Positions 56,321 to 64,000 of a stretch of DNA of 64,000 nucleotides are shown here, in pieces. Numbering within the stretch: the stretch's first letter is position 1; each line of letters opens with the position of its first letter. Origin of the DNA: Auanema rhodensis (lineage: Eukaryota > Animalia > Nematoda). The notes under the pieces were generated by a model that was not told the origin of the DNA, made no database searches, and was given only the letters and a program-made list of their open reading frames with translations. The translations under genes and the position numbers were made by a program. The DNA lies in the NCBI GenBank assembly GCA_964057225.1, contig OZ059895.1:17174001-17238000 (forward strand), given 5' to 3'.

Positions 56321-57473
56321 CACCTCTTCATATTAACTATTGTATATTCTGTAATACGATTGTTGTACGTTGTTCCTCCAGTTGCTCCTGCTCTACACTT
56401 TGTAGTTCTCATTCTTAATTTTTAAATTCTACCCGATTGTATTAACAATTGTTTGTTTATATTTCATAATTATTTTTTACCGAAATTTACGGCTTTAGCC
56501 GTACTCAGATTGAGCTCAGACGTATGCCCTAAATATTGTACCTGTCATAACTCAGTGGCAGTTGATCAGTTCGTATATTCTAACGAAGAAAAAAACACTT
56601 AGATAATTAACAATACATAAGATAATAAAATTTCATACAATTAACTCTCTTCGTACTGATATATACCTGATTAATCTTTAAACCCTCATAGTTTGTAATG
56701 AGTTTTGATGCGATTTGTCAGGTCACATATGAAGCTTTTATCATAATTTGCCCACATTTCATGTTTCCATGTCATCGCATTATATCCCTCTATAATCTTA
56801 AATTATTTTTGTATTCAAGATATTAATATGTCCTATAATGTTTGTTTTTTACTTGCCCTTATTCAGTTGTAAGCAAGTGAACTCACTATTGTCGTTAATT
56901 TGATAATTTCTGTGATTTGTTCTCGTGAGATAAGATCTTGCTTGTTTGCAAGGCGCAGGAGAAATCGGTTTTGAATTCTATTTTTTAGAATTTGAAACCA
57001 TCTTTTCATGTTCTTTACTATCATGATTGTAATGCAAAATCTTCTCTTTTCTCCCAGAATTTGAATGTAGTTTGAAGAATGAAACTATACGAATACATAC
57101 ATTGTTTTCTGTTTAAAATTTAAAATCTCGTCCATGAATCCATGAAATAGGTTGCGGTTTTAAACAGCAGTCTCTTTAAGCTCACATAACTGAAAGACGT
57201 TTCAGTTCAACTCCTCAAGCTTGTTGGCTGACCCTGATTCCTGAGCGTTCACCAATAACCTTTACTGGAAATGGGCTGCTCATATGTTATCATATAAGCC
57301 AACATTCAACTATAAAAATAATCCATAAAATCAATTATGAATTCATTATTATAATTAGTAGCAAATATATGTATGATCTTGATAATTTTAGTTAATATAT
57401 CTATAAATTTCATTAATAATTTATTGTTTATAAAATTTACAACACAAATATTTAACAATTATTCAAAATAATG

Positions 57474-59534
57474 TTAGATTGAATGTTCAAATAGTCCGAA
57501 AAAATTGAATTTATTCTTCTTTGACTTTTTCTTCTTTTTTGAAGTATCATACTCTCCGTATACTACTTTTCGCACAATTTCAAGTGCAGTTGGATGTTGC
57601 AGTATCCCCATATGCTCAGCATTTGGAATCTCATGGACAGTTACTGCTTTACCGTTGTTATTCGACTCATTCCATCTCAAGCATACTTCGGCACTGATGC
57701 GATTAACTGAAAGAAGCGGATTCTTAATCTTCGTCAGCAGTTTTTTGGTATGCGAATGAATATAGCTGAACCTGTTCCATCGCCGTCTCCATATTTGATT
57801 GTTGGTTGATAATCTGGGAACCACCAGTTGCCCCACGAGAACTGTTCCGGTGTAGCTAAACCTGTGCCATAGACACAATGAACCTAAATATAGATGGTTA
57901 GAATGAGTGTGATCTATTTAATATTGACTTCAACTCCAGGAGCTTTAAGATCTTTGTTCAGTAAAGCAGCCGCCTTATATTGTTCATAACCTAGCTCATA
58001 CTTGATGTCCGTGAAAAATTCTTCAATGTTCGCTAGCTAAAAATAGAATGAATTGTTATATTCAGGTGAAACTTGGTGAAAAGCTTAAAAACGTGAATAT
58101 GTTTTTGAACTTACGGTGTAATTTTTACTGTCAGTATTAGCTAACACAGTTGTATCATTCCATACTAGAGGATTAGGGAACAAAAAGGCTGATGAGGAAA
58201 ACGACCTAATACGATATGGTTATAGTTCTTTAACTCAAGAGAAGATAAAAATATATAAAAAAAACATGATAACTAGTATGAAGTTCAAATGAAAACAAGC
58301 TGAATGACGTCTACTGACCTTTGCATCTGACGTAATTTATTTGGCTGAAGAACAATTCGATAGTAGTTCATGTTGTAACCTGCGGCATAGAGCTTGACAA
58401 TTTGCATTGATCCACCCCAAGCACCCGCTAAGCCCACATGACTTTTGATAAATTTATCTTTCCAAGCCTTAAATCTGTATAATAAGAACATATAGTTCAT
58501 TGAACTTTAAAACAAAAAGAAAATGATCCACGAGTTAAGTAATTAATCGCTTAGCGTACCTGATTCACGAAATTGTTATAGAAATAGAGCATGAGAGGAT
58601 TTCCCATACTATGAGCAACAATGACTACCTGCAATTAAGATATAATTCTAAATTTAAAACAAAAATTCAATTTACTTGCTTATTTGAGTTTAATTTGTAT
58701 ACATTCTCTATTAGTTCTTTTAATTGATTCAAATAATCTGTTAATTCATCTGAAAAATTCCAATATAACCAATTGCTTAAAGCTTATAATTATGAGAAAA
58801 TACAAGTTGAATGAGTTGAAACTTTAAAGCAATATTAAGCATTTCAGAAAACAAGCAAGAAACTGACTTGGTGATCTTCTCCAGTCATAAGGAGCACCAG
58901 CAACATCCTTTCCTCGACGATATCCCCATGCAGTCATCATATCTACCATGTTAAAGAAATATAATCCGCTACTCGCCTGAATAACGGTTTGATGAATCAG
59001 AGTTAACATGAATATGTATGGTTTTGTTGTTGTTCACTTACTTTACTTTTGTCAAGCCATTCAACTGTTTCAGTATCTCCAAAACCTGGAATTCTAATAT
59101 CGACTCCAGGCATATTTTCCGATAACCCTGTCGAAGAGTTGAAAACTAATCTAAAAATATTATTTTATAGTCCATATCCTTGCTCAATTAATCAATTACT
59201 GCATATTATCCAACCAGCAATCTATGACTACGGGAGTAAAAAGTTGCAAGTTGAGCCAGAGATCCCACCAATCCGTTGTTTGTTTGGCACATACATAGTG
59301 AACTACGGAAGGTTTGCCTGTCAAGTTGGCTTCTAATTGACTTCCCCCATCCCCAGGAACTGAAGATAATTTATATTTTTTTCAAATGTTTGTAGTAGCT
59401 TTACCTAATATTACTGGATTTCCAGGTTCTTTGTTTTTGCTCTGACGAACATACGGAGCGCTCCCCCAAACCACAGTAATCAGAATAAGATAGAAAAACG
59501 TAATCGAGAGATATGGGCGAAATCGTTCTATCAT
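57474..59534 (-). CDS. plag-15: Group XV lysosomal phospholipase A2 / LCAT-like
   Basis: Signal peptide; PVILVPGDGGSQLEA; GAPYDWRRSP; lipase motif VVIVAHSMGNP; GDGDGTV region; EHMGIL; Lys-rich tail. Confidence 0.9.
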
Positions 59535-62500
59535 TGACAGGCAGGCTTAAAAATATTAAATTAAAATTATAATTATAATGAAATACTACAGTAACTTCTA
59601 TTCATATCAGATTAGATACCGTGAAAACATGACAAATGGAGAGGATCAAATCAGGAAAATTAAAGAGATTTGTGTATTGTTAACAGAAAATAAGAAAAAA
59701 ATGATTCTGAGACCAAAGTATAGTTCATGTGAGCACAATTAATTTGCTAAAAATGATATTTCAAGAATGAAAACAAGATTTGTTTAGATATGAAATTAGA
59801 AAAACACTCTCATTACGAGCATATGATAGGAGTTTTTCCAAAATTATTTTTTCAAAAACATTAACTAGATATATAAAGATATGAGAACGTTACGCTGTGT
59901 GGTCAGCTGATGGATGGCAAGAAATGCTGAGACCCGAACGGGAGCTGAACCAGACGTCCCCTAGATGATGAGACCACAGCGAGTTTTTAAGAGATAGAGA
60001 GAAAAAGAAGGAGAAAGAGAGGGAAAGAGAGAGTATGGAAGTGAAGGATTCTAAATCTCTTATCTTCATGGTGTTAGATCAATAATAACAGTTGTTTCTT
60101 ATCAATTTGTTCTTCTTATCAAACATTCAAACAATCAGAAAACAACTGCCAATGGAAAATTATCGGAATAGCAATAAGGAATTTGAAGTTCCTTCTTTTC
60201 AAAAAATGTAACAAGACGAAGTAAAAACATTGTTTCACCAAAAAAATACACAAATTTCATGGATTTCATATTCATTAGGTGATGAATCATTATAAATGCC
60301 AAACATAAGTTTACATTGTTCATACTTTTGTAAAACATTTCCTTTCCCATTAAGGACGCCACATTCTTATTATTAAATATCTTTAGGCTATACATATGTC
60401 ACATAAATGAAATAAGTATGTTCATAACTATATATGTATAGTTTATAATTTTGTTTCTTCGGAACATGACTCTTGCTCTGCCTGAACTTTTAATTTGCTC
60501 AATTTACTTGGTACTTATTCTATCCATCTTCATAAGTTCAATCATGTACATATACATATGTATTGCTTTAATTACTTTTATTCTCTTTCTTCTATTAAAA
60601 GTAAAATTATTCAGGATTATTATCGAATACTACATTTCTAGAATCGTCTTTCTTGAGATTCAAGCTTTGATTCTTTTTTTTTCAATTTTCGAGTCAGACA
60701 GATACAGCCTATTGTCCCACCTATGTGTTATTCAGTTCGAAAAACTGTGCTCAATTGCCATGTCTATTGCTCATGTCTATGGCAGGCGTGATGTTTACAA
60801 ACTTTCAAGTTTCTTATACGCTTTTGAATTACATTATAATTTACGAATTGAATATTTTTGTACCTAAAAAACTATTTTCTTGTTAACTTTAAGGCTGTTG
60901 TCACGTTTATGACTCTTATCAGCAATCTTCACCAGCATGTTCCTATGCTCTGTAAAGGAAGTCATCAAGTATACTTTTTTTTACCACAATAAACTAATAA
61001 GCAAAAAAGAGAAAGCAACAAATATTTGAAATTATTTGGGTACACAACAACTTTCATTATCAATTTTATTTCAATGGCTACTAGTTTCTCATTATTTGAT
61101 TTCATACTACAAAGCTTTATAAATCATTTTGCTGCGAATTACTTAATTTCCGGATTATTTAACAAATACTATTTTAAAATAAGGTTAGAAATGAAATATA
61201 AACTTTTTAATATCTGTCAAATAATATTGAAAAAGGATCAGAATCAGGAAATTTGTTTCTAAGTAATCAGAGTTAGTCTCTTTTGCCTGCAGGAATGAAG
61301 GGTACTCACCTCATTAGGACTTGACTTTTTTTTGTTTCATGGTGAAACATTTTAACTAAAATGTCAGAATTTATGAATGTTTAAATCATCGTTGTGATGG
61401 TTAGGGAATAGATAAGATGACACAGAGAGTATCCAATGCGTGAGTCAGTCACCGTCATTTAGCCCTCTCTTCTTGAAATCCTTGAGAACCTTTGGTATTC
61501 TCTATATATCTATATATCTTAATATATATTCCGGGTAGGGCAAATAGCACTGAGCACATTTATTGTCTTAGACTAAATTCAGCCGAAAAGGATTAGAAAA
61601 AAGGATTAGAACAGATTTTAAGAGAGGACCTAGAAGATAAAAGAGGAAAGAAAGAGAAAGATAGAGAGATATTGAGAAAGAGAGAGAGATTGAAAAAGAG
61701 AGAAATACGATAGGTAAAAAGGAGAATTAAAAAAGCTAATTACCGGATTAAAGTTGGAATATAGGAGACAAAGCCTTAGTTAATTCATATGCATATCACT
61801 ATTAATACATGCACCTGACACTGCTTTCTCCCATCTATCTAATTTTTGGTCATTTTTCCCTTTTATTCGTTCTCTAATTAACTTTAACAGGAATTATCAA
61901 GAGTTGATAATCTTGAAAACAAAAAAATTGATTATGAAATGTAAAAGAAATTTGTCTAGAGCAATAGATCAAAGTTTCATCAAATTTTTTAATTTATGAG
62001 CTTGATTCTTTATACTCACAACTCAAGAATAATAAGATCAATGATATTTGACTGTCTATCAATGTTAAACTCTTAAGCCTACTTGCTTCCATTTGCAACA
62101 CAGTCTCACGTGAGTCAGCGAAATTTCATTCATTTTTGTCTGCAGAGAAGCGAAAGATGGTTGTTCTTCTTTCAGACTTCATATTTCTCATTCAATTCTC
62201 TTATCCATGCTTTCAAATTAATTTAAATGATTTATAAAATTTTATTTGGTTGACTATAAAATATGTCAAAGTTGAAGATTTGAAAAGAGCATTCATATTC
62301 ACATCGTCCTTTCTTGTGATTTTAATTTTGCTAACCGAAAAGATTAAAATTTCTTGTACCGTTTACAATTCCAGCTTACAAGCTTCACATCCGCTTTTTC
62401 TGTTTTATTTTCTTTTAAGGTAAGCTGAAAAATGTTTCATGTCATTACAAGTAGTATAACTTCTATTGCCAATCAGATTTTGATAAAGTTTTATCAATAT

Positions 62501-62778
62501 GAGTTATGAAAACTTCATAAGTTCTTCTGAAAATTCTTTCTCTTATGTATTTTCTCAAACTTTGCTTCTGCATTATGAATTTCAACAAGCCTCATCTTCT
62601 TGTATTTACTACGTTCGTAATTCAGCAAGCTTCTAATGTTACTAATTTTAGAAAATTGAAAGATATCCAATCAAGTTTTTTTTCATTCTTGGGAATTATG
62701 TAAGTTCATTTTACTATAACTTATTGAGAATTCGTAACATTATTCAATATCATTAAGTAACTTTTGATCGTTGCAGAT

Positions 62779-64000
62779 ATGAATAGCAATTATTTCTGTC
62801 ACAAAGCTTTTGATATGACTAACGATACTCATAATAATCAAAACAACAGGAATATCAGTATATCTAAGGCTGGCTCATTAAGTGTTGAAACAAATAATAT
62901 GTCCAATCGACTTAACTCTGTTGCATCTTTTATAAAAACAATGTCACATGTAGATAATCCTGAAATCATTAATTCAGAGAATGATAATATAATGAGGCAA
63001 TCAGGTAACCTTCGTCATTCTTATAGTTGCATATCTTATCCAATTGCCTCAAATATCAATAACAACAGACAAATCCCAGATACCTCTTTAATCAACAAAC
63101 CATCTTTGCCATCCAGCAATGCCGTTCCTGTCATCCGAAACCTCAAATCAGCAGTATCCGCTGCCAGTTCAACAATCTACACTGCCAGACCCGCAGTCCA
63201 CAATTCCCTTCCCGTCGTTGAAAACTTCAAATCAGCAGTACCCGATGTCAACGACTCAGTCCACATTACTGGACCAGCAGCAGTACACAATGCCTTCCCC
63301 GTCGTCGAAAACTTCCAATCAGCAGTACCCGATGCCAGCTCAACTGCCCACATTACCAGACCAGCAACAGTCCACAATGCCCTTCCCGTCGTTGAAAACT
63401 TCAAATCAGCAGTACCCGATGTCAACGACTCAGTCCACAATGCCCTTCCTGTCGTCAAAAACCTCAAATCAAAAGTACCCGATGTCAACGACTCAGTCCA
63501 CATTACCGGACCAGCAGCAGTACACAATGCCTTCCCCGTCGTCGAAAACTTCCAATCAGCAGTACCCGATGCCAGCTCAAGAGTCTACATTTCTAGACCA
63601 GGAGTTCCCAATGCCGTTGCAGTCGCCGAAAACCTCACATCAGCAATACCTGATGCCAGCTCAACAACCCACAACTTCTCTCCCTTGCAATACGTCAAAT
63701 ATGCAGCACCCAATGCAAACCCTGCATTCTACAGAGCCAACTTTGCAGTTTCCAGTTCCAACCCTACAACCCAAAGACCCAATCCTTCACTCTCTAGATC
63801 CATCGTTACAGTCCCCAGTGTCAACCCCACAGCTCAAAACATCCAATCAGCAATGCCAAGTGAAAAGTCCACAGTCCACAGAACTGACCGAGAAGTTCAG
63901 AACTTCACACTTGCAATACCTGCAACCACTAGCATCAAAACAACAGCCGATAACGCCAAGCCTGCAGTCTACAGCACCAGTTCTACAATCAAAAATACCA
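62779..64000 (+). CDS. Unknown low-complexity protein with 29-aa tandem repeats; truncated at the window edge
   Basis: ttgcag acceptor ends at 62776, ATG at 62779, no stop to 64000 (407 codons): MNSNYFCHKAF...AVHNALPVVENFKSAVPDVNDSVHITGPA repeats. Absent from the ORF track because no stop is reached. Confidence 0.75.
   Translation, partial: MNSNYFCHKAFDMTNDTHNNQNNRNISISKAGSLSVETNNMSNRLNSVASFIKTMSHVDNPEIINSENDNIMRQSGNLRHSYSCISYPIASNINNNRQIPDTSLINKPSLPSSNAVPVIRNLKSAVSAASSTIYTARPAVHNSLPVVENFKSAVPDVNDSVHITGPAAVHNAFPVVENFQSAVPDASSTAHITRPATVHNALPVVENFKSAVPDVNDSVHNALPVVKNLKSKVPDVNDSVHITGPAAVHNAFPVVENFQSAVPDASSRVYISRPGVPNAVAVAENLTSAIPDASSTTHNFSPLQYVKYAAPNANPAFYRANFAVSSSNPTTQRPNPSLSRSIVTVPSVNPTAQNIQSAMPSEKSTVHRTDREVQNFTLAIPATTSIKTTADNAKPAVYSTSSTIKNT
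63115..63670 (+). repeat. Coding minisatellite, ~87-bp unit, about 7 degenerate copies (one shortened to 63 bp)
   Basis: Repeated cacaatgcccttcccgtcgttgaaaacttcaaatcagcagtacccgatgtcaacgactcagtc; length variants are multiples of 3. Confidence 0.9.

Noticed and set aside
59916-59927. TGGCAAGAAATG matching the 5' end of remembered miR-74
   Set aside because: No pre-miRNA-like hairpin pairs with this segment.
63177-63527. Antisense repeat ORF
   Set aside because: Antisense shadow of the 87-bp coding minisatellite.

Overview
AT-rich eukaryotic genomic DNA from a rhabditid-like nematode: introns are mostly ~40-55 nt with TTTCAG/TTAG acceptors and proteins resemble C. elegans counterparts. The species cannot be assigned from the sequence. 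The ORF track only shows exon fragments, so gene models were spliced by hand. In order: two tandem CTL-CTL-CUB lectin genes (-), ciliary alpha-tubulin tba-5 with an X-box (-), smn-1 (-), tspo-1 (-), usp-48 (-), a U6 snRNA (+), pgp-2 (+), hmg-1.1-like (-), hnRNP R/Q hrp-2 (+), a divergent REV7/MAD2L2-like HORMA gene (+), a PNRC-family decapping coactivator (-), a Nanos-like gene with a degenerate second zinc finger (-), acid ceramidase asah-1 (-), E-protein hlh-2 (+), lysosomal PLA2G15/LCAT-like (-), and a repeat-containing ORF running off the right edge (+). Top leads: (1) a spliced peptide uORF (MLTESNSVIIRSVTERRILLR) in the PNRC-like leader, with a proximal acceptor that could bypass it and an apparently ~2.5 kb 3' region; (2) a REV7-like gene in SL2-type operon spacing behind hrp-2; (3) two overlapping + strand frames both open for ~294 codons at the window end. 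Orthology calls rest on remembered motifs, not database searches.
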